A stretch of 64,000 nt of DNA from Escherichia coli (GTDB taxonomy: Bacteria > Pseudomonadota > Gammaproteobacteria > Enterobacterales > Enterobacteriaceae): NCBI RefSeq assembly GCF_024223415.1, contig NZ_CP100500.1; one strand, written 5' to 3'. Both the position numbers and the translations under genes were made by a program. This document shows positions 41,638 through 51,919 of the stretch, one piece after another (the first letter of the stretch is position 1; every line of letters begins with the position of its first letter). The notes beneath the pieces are model-generated. The model worked only from the letters and a program-made list of their open reading frames with translations, searched no databases and had not been told where the DNA came from.

Positions 41638-42554
41638 ATCATTTAGTTAATTAGTCTTTATTTTTCATTATGTTGCAAATAACAAGCCCGTCAAAAACAG
41701 TGATATTAACTACACCATTAACTACACCGCTTCACGAACAATATCGAACAACCGCGAACAAAGATCAACACGCTTTAATCATTATCATTTTCCGGCTATC
41801 CGTCATGAAGCTGGTGGATGATCTGCGTGGTGATTTCCACCATTCAGAGCAGGTGCGGTCATCATGACCATGCCATAACAAAAACCCCATATTCGTGGTT
41901 TTTCTGTGTCGGGGCTATTCTGCTGTTGCCGTGCTGGTGGATATTCTCCGGTATGCGGCTCCCCATATCGGCATCAGGCCCACCAGCGTGAAGCGTTTTT
42001 CATTTTTCGCGGGTATAAAAAATCGATGGGGCGGGCAGTCCTGAAGACGTCAGGGTACAGAGATTTGACCCGCCCCTCCCTGTGCATGAGCACAATAAGT
42101 AACCGAAGGCGGAATTCCGCCCTCGGTACTTACATATGAGAAACGATATTTCTTCCACCGATACCCTTTATTTGGGTATCGCGAGTAAGCCCCAAAATCT
42201 GGGTGTTACTCTTACTACCCAAACTACGGGTAGTTTCCGTAGTTTCATGGTCGAGTTGCAAATCTGCAACTCACCCACCAGCCAGCGCAATGTCGCATTA
42301 TCAGTCCTCAGATGTGAGGGATGTAGCCAGCTTTTCCCCCAGTGGGGATTATCCAGTTACCGACGGTTTAACCGCCTGTACCAGCACAACGAAAGAATTT
42401 GCGGGTAGCTTTAAACTACTCACAACATCCCATCTTACAGGCCGTGCCTTTCTAACTTTTTACAATGCAATAAGTCAGGTAACGCTATGCGTTCCACCGT
42501 GTACACCGCGCCAGTAAAACCCCCGGATTCGTGGTTTTCCTGAATATCAGGAAT

Positions 42555-42929
42555 CTACCGCCGCAACCGTTCCGGCTTCTTCCACTGATAAGTGTTTTTC
42601 GCGCTCTCCCTCCGTTGTTGAGAACGGCGACGGTATGCCAGCAACTCAAGGACTCTGGTTCGTATGTTGCGCATATCCACGCCGTTAAGCTCAATACCAT
42701 CACGGCGCATCACCTCAGCAACAACACACGCGTAATTTTCGGCTATCACGCTGTCCGGCTGCGTGGCCTCCTGTTCGCCAGCCTGCTGGCTGATTCCGGT
42801 AATACTGCGGATTATCCCGAGCGCTTCGGTCTCGGTCATGGTCATGGCCTCCATAGTGATGGCGGGTCCTCCTTGTGGGGTGCCCTGCCACGGGGCGGGA
42901 GCATCGCGGAAAAAGGCTAGTTTTTGCAT
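42555..42929 (-). CDS. Hypothetical protein (PICI accessory end; start uncertain)
   Basis: ORF only; no motif recognised. Confidence 0.35.
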   Translation of the reverse strand: MQKLAFFRDAPAPWQGTPQGGPAITMEAMTMTETEALGIIRSITGISQQAGEQEATQPDSVIAENYACVVAEVMRRDGIELNGVDMRNIRTRVLELLAYRRRSQQRRESAKNTYQWKKPERLRR

Positions 42930-43090
42930 TTTTATTCGTTATCACCACCAATGCAATATATTGATATGACTTGATGTTTTATTTTTCGGTGTCGATTTCG
43001 ATTGTTTTTTGTTCATCACTGACGCATAACGCCCACCAGCGCAACGCTGAAAGCCAGTCAGTAAACTGGCTTCGGTCATTGTGCACTACG

Positions 43091-43618
43091 TTACTTGTCT
43101 TTATCCGGCTGAAACTTATCAGGCACATTTCCGGTAGTTTCCATCAGATAATCGGACAGCATTCGCGGGATGTTTTCATCAAGTTTTGTGCATGCGTTAC
43201 AGGCTCTGACAACTTCTTTTTTCAGGCCATCCAGCATGGCGGGGGTCATCTGTGGGAAGCTCCTTTGCATAGTAAGCGGGAGGCTGTCCATGATTGATGA
43301 AATCTGACTCGCCAGTTTTGAAAGCGCGTACATGCAAAACTCTGTATCAATCACGTCACCGCGATCGCGCTCGTTTTTAAGTTCCTGCGCCTCCGCCTGT
43401 GCTGTCAGTAATCTGATCCTGACTCGTAAAAGTTCATCATCGTCAATCTCGCCTTTGTCGTTTGTAATCTGGCTGATTGCATTGTTAACCCGATTATCTA
43501 TTACACTGGCGACATCATAAAACGTCTCACGGCCCTTACGCTCGACGGGAATCACTCCCCACTTATCGAACGCAGTGGCGCTTACTCGGCAGCTTTTCGC
43601 CATGTTTTTTTTATTCAT
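43091..43618 (-). CDS. Small-terminase (lambda Nu1-like) homologue, candidate packaging-redirecting protein
   Basis: Collinear with lambda Nu1 as recalled (N-terminal HTH region, then …LTAQAEAQELKNERD…DTEFCMYALSKLASQISSIMDSLPLTMQRSFP…). Confidence 0.8.
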   Translation of the reverse strand: MNKKNMAKSCRVSATAFDKWGVIPVERKGRETFYDVASVIDNRVNNAISQITNDKGEIDDDELLRVRIRLLTAQAEAQELKNERDRGDVIDTEFCMYALSKLASQISSIMDSLPLTMQRSFPQMTPAMLDGLKKEVVRACNACTKLDENIPRMLSDYLMETTGNVPDKFQPDKDK

Positions 43619-43699
43619 CAGGTGCGATTTCATCAATACCCCCACTTAATTAATGCTTCAGGTTGGTGTGTTGGTGTTATCTTTCCATTTTTATTCATA

Positions 43700-43840
43700 G
43701 AGATAGAGCGAACAACAAAACCACCACCAACCCGAAAAGGCTCATAAATAGCGAAAATCCGCAAGGTCGACGCCCCGTAACGGGTCCACATGCCGGAAAG
43801 GACCCATAAAAAATAAAGCCGGACTACTCCGGCTTCGTCT
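43700..43840 (-). other. Lambda-type cos site (cosQ-cosN-cosB-like)
   Basis: Minus strand reads GGGTCCTTTCCGG…GTTACGGGGCGTCGACCTTGCGGATTTTCGCTATTTATGA, near-identical to the lambda cos region as recalled. Confidence 0.7.
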
Positions 43841-43858
43841 CTTCATGTGGTCAGGGTT

Positions 43859-44443
43859 TTATGCTTTCCGTACGCCCGAGGAACTGGCATTTTTCAGAAT
43901 AATATTATGCCCTGCTGGTGGCTTACCGTTATGCTTATTTTCTGCCTTCATGTTTCTGCGCTCCTGCTGTTTTTTCTTCATCTCATCCAGTCGCTTCCCC
44001 GCGTTCAACTGGTGCTCCTGTGTCACCTCCCCGCACGGATGGCCTTTCAGGTCGTAACGCACGCCACCAGCCATCAGGGAACGGTAATATCGCACTGAAC
44101 TGACATAATACGCCAGCGTTGCGCGAAGCGCTCCCTGACCTAATGAAATACCTCTCGCAGTAATATCCTCCATCAGGTCATCAAATATGCCAACCTTAAG
44201 CGGTCTGGGCGATTCCTGGCTGAAAAGTTCAGGCCAGAGCGCGGCAAGGCGTTCAACGCGTCTGATATTTTTTTTCCGGCTCTTTTCTGATTTGCGTTTT
44301 GCTGCCGTCTTCTGTTGTGTTTTCTGCTCGCGGCTCTGCTTTTGCGCTGGTGTGGTTTTATCCGGCTGTTCAGCCTCCTGCGTCTTTTTCTGCGGTGTGC
44401 CGTATATGCCTTTTGGTTTTCGGTTAATGGTCAGCTTTGTCAT
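43859..44443 (-). CDS. ProQ/FinO-domain RNA-binding-like protein
   Basis: Basic Lys-rich N-terminus followed by LAALWPELFS…PLKVGIFDDL… typical of ProQ/FinO domains. Confidence 0.55.
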   Translation of the reverse strand: MTKLTINRKPKGIYGTPQKKTQEAEQPDKTTPAQKQSREQKTQQKTAAKRKSEKSRKKNIRRVERLAALWPELFSQESPRPLKVGIFDDLMEDITARGISLGQGALRATLAYYVSSVRYYRSLMAGGVRYDLKGHPCGEVTQEHQLNAGKRLDEMKKKQQERRNMKAENKHNGKPPAGHNIILKNASSSGVRKA

Positions 44444-44522
44444 GTTCTCCCCCTTTGTGCTGTTCCACCAGCGGCATCTGCTACCCCGTGTCGCTCCCGC
44501 TGGTGTCGTGTTTCCCCGCCTG

Positions 44523-44843
44523 TTAATAACCGTCATCATTTACGTTATCAGGGTAATCACGCCATATTTCATCAGTAAGCGACGGTAGCCCCATCTGTTG
44601 TATTGTCCTGTCTGCGGCCCTTCTGACTGCGTGAACATCATAACGGTTTTCAGGTATCGGGCGCTTTGCCTTCCTGATACATTCCCTTGCTCTCATTGCC
44701 GCAAGTTCTCTGTGCCTGTCTTCCTGAAGAGTAATCATCACATCCTGCCACCTTCTGGCAGCCCGTCGCCACAGTCCCCTGCTCTCGAGTTCTTCTGCTG
44801 TCGCGTCGCTTATTGTCCGGTTCTTCGGTGTGCTGTTGTTCAT
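44523..44843 (-). CDS. PerC-family transcriptional activator-like protein
   Basis: …AEELESRGLWRRAARRWQDVM… PerC-like signature. Confidence 0.55.
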   Translation of the reverse strand: MNNSTPKNRTISDATAEELESRGLWRRAARRWQDVMITLQEDRHRELAAMRARECIRKAKRPIPENRYDVHAVRRAADRTIQQMGLPSLTDEIWRDYPDNVNDDGY

Positions 44844-44860
44844 GTTGCTCCCCGCCTGAT

Positions 44861-45271
44861 TCAGAAGGGTATATCATCTCCGTAGGGGTCATCGCCTCCC
44901 GCTGGTGGCTTATTCCCCTGTGCGCCTGTGGTTTTGCGTGTTTTTCCGCCCGGTCGCACTGTCCGCGCACTGATTACGCTGTCTGCGATAACCTGCCAGC
45001 CCTGCCGCGTTTCCCCGTTCTGTCCGGTCCACTGGCTCACCTGCATGTTACCCGCCACGCTCAGGAGTTCACCCTTGCGGTGCTTTGCCAGTGCTTCGGC
45101 CTGTCTGCCAAACGCCAGCACAGATAACCACATCGTCGCCGTTCCGTCATCTGCCTGGCTGCACGGAAGGGGGACCGCCATACTCGCCATCGCCATTTGT
45201 GTCCCCTTGCTGGTGGTCTTTAACTGCGGGTCAGCCACCAGCCGCCCGTAAGCCGCTATCTGTGCTGTCAT
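44861..45271 (-). CDS. ssb: Single-stranded DNA-binding protein (SSB-like)
   Basis: OB-fold-like N-terminus and Gly/Pro-rich tail ending in the acidic DDIPF motif. Confidence 0.75.
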   Translation of the reverse strand: MTAQIAAYGRLVADPQLKTTSKGTQMAMASMAVPLPCSQADDGTATMWLSVLAFGRQAEALAKHRKGELLSVAGNMQVSQWTGQNGETRQGWQVIADSVISARTVRPGGKTRKTTGAQGNKPPAGGDDPYGDDIPF

Positions 45272-45525
45272 GCTGTATGCTCTCCGGTTTTAACGTTGAT
45301 GGTTGTCACCTGTTCCGCTCCGGCAATCTCCCGTTCTGTCAGCGTGGCAAAATTTGCCGCTACCGTTGTCATGAATGCGCTTATCAGTGCGGGATGTGCT
45401 TTCGCGTATCCTTCTCCCGCGCTGCGGTCGATAATTTTTATCGCCACCCTCAGCCAGTGCTCTGTAAGGTCAATGGCGCGGTTATGTGGTTTCTTCTGAT
45501 TATTAAGTTTTCCTGATGTGTGCAT
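45268..45525 (-). CDS. Hypothetical protein (85 aa)
   Basis: ORF coupled by overlap to ssb. Confidence 0.4.
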   Translation of the reverse strand: MHTSGKLNNQKKPHNRAIDLTEHWLRVAIKIIDRSAGEGYAKAHPALISAFMTTVAANFATLTEREIAGAEQVTTINVKTGEHTA

Positions 45526-45569
45526 TTTTATTTTTACCCCCTCGTTTAAAAAGTTTTGTGTTGTGGTGC

Positions 45570-45805
45570 ACCTCCTCTACCTCTCTACACAATCATCTTT
45601 CAGGTCAGTAATGGCGCGGCTTTCAGCGGGGTAGAGGGCTTTTTTGGCCCTCTACCTGCCATCTACCACCCCCTCACAAATGCCCTGAATTATGGTAGAG
45701 GGTGTAGAGGGCTTTTAAGTACCTTCTACCTGCCATCTACCCAATCTATCAACATGAAATATATGTAATTATTTTCTTAAGGTAGAAGGGGTAGAGGGCT
45801 TTTGT
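45570..45805. repeat. Iteron cluster, candidate replication origin of the island
   Basis: GTAGAGGGCTTTT x3 (45631, 45704, 45790) and CT(C/T)CTACCTGCCATCTACC x2 (45651, 45724), directly downstream of the replication gene. Confidence 0.6.
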
Positions 45806-45811
45806 CTAAAA

Positions 45812-47560
45812 CTATAAAAACGCGTCGCAGTCGTCTGTTGTTGTCACGTTGGTTTGCGTAACCCCTTTAATCCTGCGCGTTATATATTCATGTCCGTAAA
45901 CTTTCGCCGCTGGCTTCATGGCCTTGCTGAACTCAGCCACGTTCAGCGGTTTGCTCCTGCCTGCATACGCCATAAACGCCAGATAGACGCGGTAAAGGCT
46001 GTTTCTGGTCGTGTACTTCACGGAATCGCCACCGCCCCCCATCATCAGGCCACGTGCTTCCTCCAGAAAATTCAGGAACTGGCAAAACTCAATAACCGGA
46101 TCCGTTTGCTGCTTTATCGCCAGTGCTTCATCACCGTCACGCTGTTCCAGTAGTAAAGCCCGCGCCTTTTCAGGGTCTGCAAAGTTCGCCAGTAATCGGC
46201 GGATAATGACGGGGATTTCAGCCGCAATCCTTTCCGGTAGCTCCCTGTCTTTTTCAGCCTCACTGACGATATTGTCGAAACGAAAAATCACGCGACGACG
46301 TGCCACACCTCCGGCCCGTTCGGTGAATATCATCGGGTTATTGTTGGTCGCCAGCACCACCGCCCTGATTACAGCCGTGAAACGCTTTTCGTATTTCGGG
46401 TTAATTTCCACGGGGTCACCGCCCGTGATTTTCTTGATGCCCGTTCCTTCGCCTGTATATTTCGGCTGGTCTGCCAGGACGATAAGACGACTCCCGACAA
46501 CCTGCGCACGCCCACCAGCATCATCAAGCGATGTCATCTCAGCGCTTACCGTGTTCTGTTTCCCTGCCAGAAGGCTGGCTATGTGCGTGAATGTACTTTT
46601 ACCGCTCCCGCCGTCTCCGGTGGCCTCAATAAACATCTGCCAGTCGTACCGGTTCGCCATAATCATGTACAGCGCGGCACATATACGCATCATCTTGCGC
46701 GGGTCTTTTCCGGCTGCGTGCTCAAGCCATTTATGAAAGTTTGGCGCGTTATCGCGGATGTTCTCCCCAGGTGCTGGTGGCGTGTACTCAATGCCATTGT
46801 GCGTGGTGATCCAGTTCTCCGGCGTGTGCGGGGAAAATTCCCCCGTTTTCAGGTCAAGCGCACCATTGGCGAACGGCAGCAAATCGCCGGACGGCTCGCC
46901 CATTGGTTCGGCAATAACTTTTAACGCTTCCACGGCGTTATTGATTACGCGCTTGCTGAAAGTGGCCCTGTGCTCTGAATAGATCGCCACCATTTCGCGG
47001 CTCAGTTCCATTGTGCTGACCGGACACCATACCCCGCCGCGCCATACGTGAACGATTTCACTTTCCGGATGCACACAAACGCCATCAAATCGACCAGCAA
47101 GCATCTGTGCGCGCTCACTGTCTGCCATTTGTGCCAGTTGCGTATTTTTCTGCTCCGGCATGGTAAGCCCTGCAGCAATATTTTCACGCTCAGCATTCAG
47201 ATAACGCCGCCAGTTTTCACACTTCTGACCGTGCATTCCTTCGGGGTAAAAATTTGCGTCCTGTACGCCAGCCGCCGCCAGCTTCTGACCAATCGCCTTT
47301 ATCATTACTGGCGCAAGATATCCGGCCCTGAATATACGCACGGATTTTCTGCCTTCCGGCACAATTTGCAGCTTATCCAGTTCGGATAACTGCTGCTCCC
47401 CAAGCCACACAGGAGGCTCATTATCTCCGGCCATACGCGCGTCATGTTCCTGCCATTGTTTCGCGTGTGCCCAGGCATCACTACCCGCAAAAATAATGAC
47501 TTCAGTTCCTTTGTGTTTTATGCCGCGTGACTGCAGTTTTACGTTCGGTGCCAGTTTCAT
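45812..47560 (-). CDS. Replication protein with SF3-type helicase domain (P4-alpha/D5-like primase C-terminal region)
   Basis: Walker A ATGDGGSGKST and Walker B-like RLIVLAD in the C-terminal half. Confidence 0.8.
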   Translation of the reverse strand: MKLAPNVKLQSRGIKHKGTEVIIFAGSDAWAHAKQWQEHDARMAGDNEPPVWLGEQQLSELDKLQIVPEGRKSVRIFRAGYLAPVMIKAIGQKLAAAGVQDANFYPEGMHGQKCENWRRYLNAERENIAAGLTMPEQKNTQLAQMADSERAQMLAGRFDGVCVHPESEIVHVWRGGVWCPVSTMELSREMVAIYSEHRATFSKRVINNAVEALKVIAEPMGEPSGDLLPFANGALDLKTGEFSPHTPENWITTHNGIEYTPPAPGENIRDNAPNFHKWLEHAAGKDPRKMMRICAALYMIMANRYDWQMFIEATGDGGSGKSTFTHIASLLAGKQNTVSAEMTSLDDAGGRAQVVGSRLIVLADQPKYTGEGTGIKKITGGDPVEINPKYEKRFTAVIRAVVLATNNNPMIFTERAGGVARRRVIFRFDNIVSEAEKDRELPERIAAEIPVIIRRLLANFADPEKARALLLEQRDGDEALAIKQQTDPVIEFCQFLNFLEEARGLMMGGGGDSVKYTTRNSLYRVYLAFMAYAGRSKPLNVAEFSKAMKPAAKVYGHEYITRRIKGVTQTNVTTTDDCDAFL

Positions 47561-47856
47561 TTTTTACCCCTGAATCCGTTAATCATGGTTTTCATCTTCT
47601 GAATATTGGCGCGTGCTTTCTCCCTGCTGGTGGGCACGTTACGCGGTACGGCCTGCACAAGAGAAAAATCACGCACAAACTGATAAACAGGCATCACGCA
47701 ATCATATTCGTAACCTTCATGGCGGTAGGTGATGCGCCGTTCTGCCACGCCTTTAATCGTTACCGTACCGCCGTAGTTATCACGGAAAATATCGCCGGGA
47801 CGGATTTCAGGCCGAGTGAGGCCGCTGGCAGTAAAGCCAGAATTTTTCTTTTTCAT
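47557..47856 (-). CDS. Hypothetical protein (99 aa), overlap-coupled to the replication gene
   Basis: ORF with 4-bp overlap to the downstream gene. Confidence 0.45.
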   Translation of the reverse strand: MKKKNSGFTASGLTRPEIRPGDIFRDNYGGTVTIKGVAERRITYRHEGYEYDCVMPVYQFVRDFSLVQAVPRNVPTSREKARANIQKMKTMINGFRGKK

Positions 47857-48052
47857 GGTTTTATTTTCCTGTCAGTGATTCCGGCTTTATTCCGGCGCGA
47901 ATACAGGCTTCAGAAAAAAAGCCAGAGAACCAATAACCTCATTATTTCTAAGGCGGCATTGCGATTTCACTTTCCCTTTATCCAGGAATATCAAAACGCG
48001 CCCCGTATAATCAGATGGCACATTAAGCACTACAGGTAAGTGCGCTTCATGA

Positions 48053-48340
48053 TTATTCATGGCTAACCACCTCCTGGAATTTTCTTCTGTAACGCGCCTC
48101 TGCCACATATTCAGCATAGTCCGACGCAATATTGAGAATATCGCTACCCGTTCCTGAATGTTCGGCGGTTTCCAGTAAAAAACATGCAGCTTTTACCATG
48201 TCAGCAACACATAACAGCGCAATATCTGTATCTTCCGGTGTGCCATCAAATTCCTGTTTCAGGGCATTAAAACGATCATCACGCATAACCCCATATTCAC
48301 AATCAGCAATCAGGATGGCTTTGGCCTCATTCAGTGCCAT
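48053..48340 (-). CDS. Hypothetical protein (~95 aa; only plausible part of the long ORF 48053-50041)
   Basis: C-terminal segment reads like protein while the rest of the 662-aa frame is low-complexity; start at ATG 48340 assumed. Confidence 0.35.
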   Translation of the reverse strand: MALNEAKAILIADCEYGVMRDDRFNALKQEFDGTPEDTDIALLCVADMVKAACFLLETAEHSGTGSDILNIASDYAEYVAEARYRRKFQEVVSHE

Positions 48341-49381
48341 ATCAGCGGTAAGCTGTGCGTAGGCCAGCAAATGCGGGATTATTGCCCCTGTATATTCCGG
48401 CTCTCTGATAATGTGGTCGGATGTGTTGATTAAATAGTTTGTGCGAAAAATGCACCTGTAACCATCAGTTAACAACGGATATACAGGGGGGACCATGAAT
48501 GATAAGGGGGTGCCGTTTGATGTGCTCCTGCAAAAGCTGAATGCTGCACGCGCCGCAAGGGAACGTGAGCGCATGAGTAATAACCCTGTCCCTCCTGAAT
48601 TACCTCGCCCTGAACATTTTCCGCTTGAGGATTTCATCAGGGGACGAATCCGAACAAAACGATAACCGCCGCCGTGATATGAGGCATCACGACGCAATGC
48701 ATTACAGGTGAGCACCATGAACAAATCCATATTATCCCCCACAGTTCTGGACGTAAACACAAAGCAGCGACAGATATTATTACGCGCCGTCATTAAAGCC
48801 AGACACGAGAAATTAAACCAAATCTTAAAATAAGATACGCCGCTACCGCTGTAAGTCTTCATCAGAAACAGAAAACGCCAGAGCAGATGAGCACGGAGGT
48901 AACTCTTTATGAAAATAAACGAATCAGGGGAAATTACCGAAGCCAGCGTGGTACGCCAGCGGAGGCGGGAACGACGGGTACGGCCCCCCGCGCCATCCGA
49001 TAATTTCCCGCTTGAGCGCTTCATCAGTGAACGGCCCCGCATACGCTGGAACGGCACAACCCCATACCCCGAGGAGAGACAGACAAAAAACAAACAGCGA
49101 TGATGAAATCTGGAGGCCAATACCATCACCCAGCCAGTCGGGGATTGCTGGCGGGCTTCCTGTTCGCTGGTGGCCCCGATGGTAATAACGCGTGGTTGTG
49201 CTGTGCTCAGGGCGATAAAACGCCAGATGTATTTATTCAGGTTGTGCGGGTCCCGCCCTTGCGGGTGTGTGGTATGATTTAACATAGCTACCTCGATACG
49301 CTTTCTATCGTTGGTGGTTAGAAGCCCCGTTACTGCTCCAACAGTGCGGGGTTTCGTCGTTTCTGCACCTTTCATCAACAA

Positions 49382-49435
49382 GGTGTTGAACACCAATTTA
49401 AGCCTAGGTGTTAAACACGCCAAGTGTTGAACACT
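49382..49435. promoter_or_regulatory. Three operator-like palindromes (GGTGTTGAACACC / GGTGTTAAACACG / AGTGTTGAACACT)
   Basis: Three 13-bp near-identical inverted repeats within 55 bp, in the regulatory region downstream of alpA. Confidence 0.5.
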
Positions 49436-50051
49436 TATTTTTTTTCCTGCATACTGCATTTGTTTTTTGTAAGGGGTACACAACATGGCGACAAAAGCAG
49501 TAAACGCAAAATCACAAACAGTTGCGGCAAGGGTTCCGCATGAAGTTATGAACAATGTTGAGGCGGTAAAAATGCCTGGTGAAAGTACAGGGCAGTTTGT
49601 AACAGCAGCATTAAAGCGAGAAGTTGAATACCGCCAGCGCCGCAAGGCCAAAGAATCAGAATAATCACTATCAGCGCCGTGGTGTGAGGTACTGCGGCGC
49701 ATTGTTTTAAAGGTGATAATTATGAATAACCAGGAACTACAAAATAAAGCATTATCAATTATCATGCGCCAGCGTGAGAAAACCCGCAGGGAAATAAATA
49801 AGGCATTAACCCGTACTGAAAATCTTAAAGTTCCTGATAAGTTCGCCCTTGATCCTTTTGTCGAGAAATACCCTCGGCGCTTAAAAGCAAACAAAAACCG
49901 CCCACCTGGCTGACAATCCACCAGCAAGCCACCACACTGGACACATTGCCCACCAGCCAGCAAATCGCTATGATGTTCGGGCTTATGTTTAGTGTTTTCC
50001 CATTGGCGACCGCCCCCGGTCGCCTTTGTTTTATGTGTCATATACTCCCCT

Positions 50052-50348
50052 TTACGCTGCCTTGCCTGAATTAATGCGATCCCGGCTTTTAACCCATTCC
50101 ATAACCTCGGACAGCAGCCAACCTACAGAACGCCCACCAAGATTACGGCGAGACGGAAAGCTCCCTTTTTTCTCCAGTTCGTAGCGTGTAGTGCGACACA
50201 CTCCAGTTAACTTACGACATTCATCCTCACGGATTACGCGATCTTCATTTATTTCACGCATACAAAAACCTACATAAAAATTACGTATATAAACTTTTCT
50301 CTTAGCTGTAGATATATGAGATCGGATATTACTTAGATTCTTTTTCAC
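50052..50348 (-). CDS. alpA: AlpA-family regulator/excisionase-like protein (start uncertain)
   Basis: …RKLTGVCRTTRYELEKKGSFPSRRNLGGRSVGWLLSEVMEWV… AlpA signature; the 50348 start is GTG. Confidence 0.6.
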   Translation of the reverse strand: MKKNLSNIRSHISTAKRKVYIRNFYVGFCMREINEDRVIREDECRKLTGVCRTTRYELEKKGSFPSRRNLGGRSVGWLLSEVMEWVKSRDRINSGKAA

Positions 50349-50680
50349 CTCTTAAATTAAAAACACAACCATGCTAAAGGCTTTGTTCGCTAAGGTTCGT
50401 AGAAGCTCGTTAGTGTTTAAAATCGTGTCACGAGTTTTTAAGCGACGCAACAAAAAATGTCGTCATTTGGCATGTCACCTGAATTACCTCATTAAAAACA
50501 AATAGATAAACCATCAGATGTTGGAACAATCAAGAAACAGAGAATAAGAACTCAGAAGAAGACATTTCAATTTTTTTCGATAGTTGACACATATAAAGAG
50601 AAGATATTTGCAGATATTCCCCGATATTCTAAGATCTATTCACGGCTGTAATCTCTTAAAGAAAAAACAGCCGTAATTTG

Positions 50681-51919
50681 TCAAGAATTTTGGGGGTAAA
50701 TTCGCGGGGTCATAACAACGATTTTTTCATCATTGTTCTGGAGAAGCTCGAGACGGTCTACCCATAGATTAAGAGCGTCACGCTTTGCATCGAGATAACG
50801 GGAGTGGTTATAGACGCGTTGCATTCCTGGCATCTGGTGGGCAGTAAGCTGTTCAACAATATGCGGATCCACGCCTAAATCGTTCAGCATGGTTGTAAAT
50901 GTGTGCCGGATGTCGTGCAACGACCAGGGGGCTTGATTAATGCGTCTGTGTGCCGTTCTTCCGTACTCTGCTACGGATGATTGCCCTTTCAGTTCTCCAA
51001 GCAATAAGCCCGTGTGCCTGTTCTGCTCCACCAGCTTCATGACGAACGGCAAGATCGCTTCCGGTATTGGCCTGAATATTGCTACCTTCGTTTTGCTGTG
51101 TTCTTTCGGCACAGTCCAGAGCATTTCTTTAAAATCCCATTCCCGAACCTCGGAGCGTCTTAGCTCAGTGGTACGGCATCCGAAGACAATCAGAAGGCGA
51201 ATTAAAGCGCTGTAGTACGGCGGGAAAATTTTTTCATCCAGTGCGCGGAGTAGCTCGCCAAGCTCCTTGTTTGTTAGCACTCGCTCGCTTATTTCTGCTT
51301 TTTTTCCCACATCACCTACGACCATATCATCAAGAACGTTACTGACGGCGTAGCGACGTTTACGGCAGTACTTAAGCGCCTGTTTGCATACCTGCAACAA
51401 AAAGCCGGCTGATACCGGATTACGCTTAGCAAGCTGGTCAAAACAGGCCAGCCAGTGGCGTAGCTCGCATTTATCCAGCGGCATAGCACCAATCTGGCTG
51501 ATTATGTGCTTATTGATACGGCTTTTCAGTGATTCGTGGTCAGTGCGCTTTTCCTTCGCATACGACTCAAGCCAGTAAGTGAGCGCGTCCTTAACCGTCA
51601 CGGGGGCTAACGCTTCCTGCACTGTGTGATTAAGCTCATGGCGTGGATTTTTCCCCTCCGCCAGCCAGGCGCGACACTGTGCCGCTTTTTCCCTGGCTGC
51701 TTTCAGGCTCAGATCGGGATAGTTGCCCAGTCTCAGGCGTTCCGGTGATACCTGCCTGCCAGTTCCGGCCCTGTAAGTGAAATACCAGGTTAACAGGCCG
51801 CTGGTGGAATGTCTTACGCTAAGATTGCCACCGTCATTAAAAAAGGCGTTTTTTGTGGTTGGTGATCCGCTTAATTTTCGTAAAAGAGTGTCGCTAAGTC
51901 TATGAATTGCGCTGCTCAT
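50681..51919 (-). CDS. int: Tyrosine-type site-specific integrase
   Basis: C-terminal catalytic region with …LHDIRHTFTTML… and …VYNHSRYLD…; hairpin 50644-50676 downstream. Confidence 0.9.
   Translation of the reverse strand: MSSAIHRLSDTLLRKLSGSPTTKNAFFNDGGNLSVRHSTSGLLTWYFTYRAGTGRQVSPERLRLGNYPDLSLKAAREKAAQCRAWLAEGKNPRHELNHTVQEALAPVTVKDALTYWLESYAKEKRTDHESLKSRINKHIISQIGAMPLDKCELRHWLACFDQLAKRNPVSAGFLLQVCKQALKYCRKRRYAVSNVLDDMVVGDVGKKAEISERVLTNKELGELLRALDEKIFPPYYSALIRLLIVFGCRTTELRRSEVREWDFKEMLWTVPKEHSKTKVAIFRPIPEAILPFVMKLVEQNRHTGLLLGELKGQSSVAEYGRTAHRRINQAPWSLHDIRHTFTTMLNDLGVDPHIVEQLTAHQMPGMQRVYNHSRYLDAKRDALNLWVDRLELLQNNDEKIVVMTPRIYPQNS

Noticed and set aside
46011-46736. 241-aa plus-strand ORF
   Set aside because: Antisense within the satellite replication gene, which has clear Walker motifs on the opposite strand
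48053-50041. 662-aa minus-strand ORF spanning the satellite's regulatory region
   Set aside because: Most of the translation is low-complexity (Arg/Ser/Cys-rich) and overlaps better plus-strand candidates and operator palindromes; only the last ~95 codons (48053-48340) look protein-like and were kept as a low-confidence CDS
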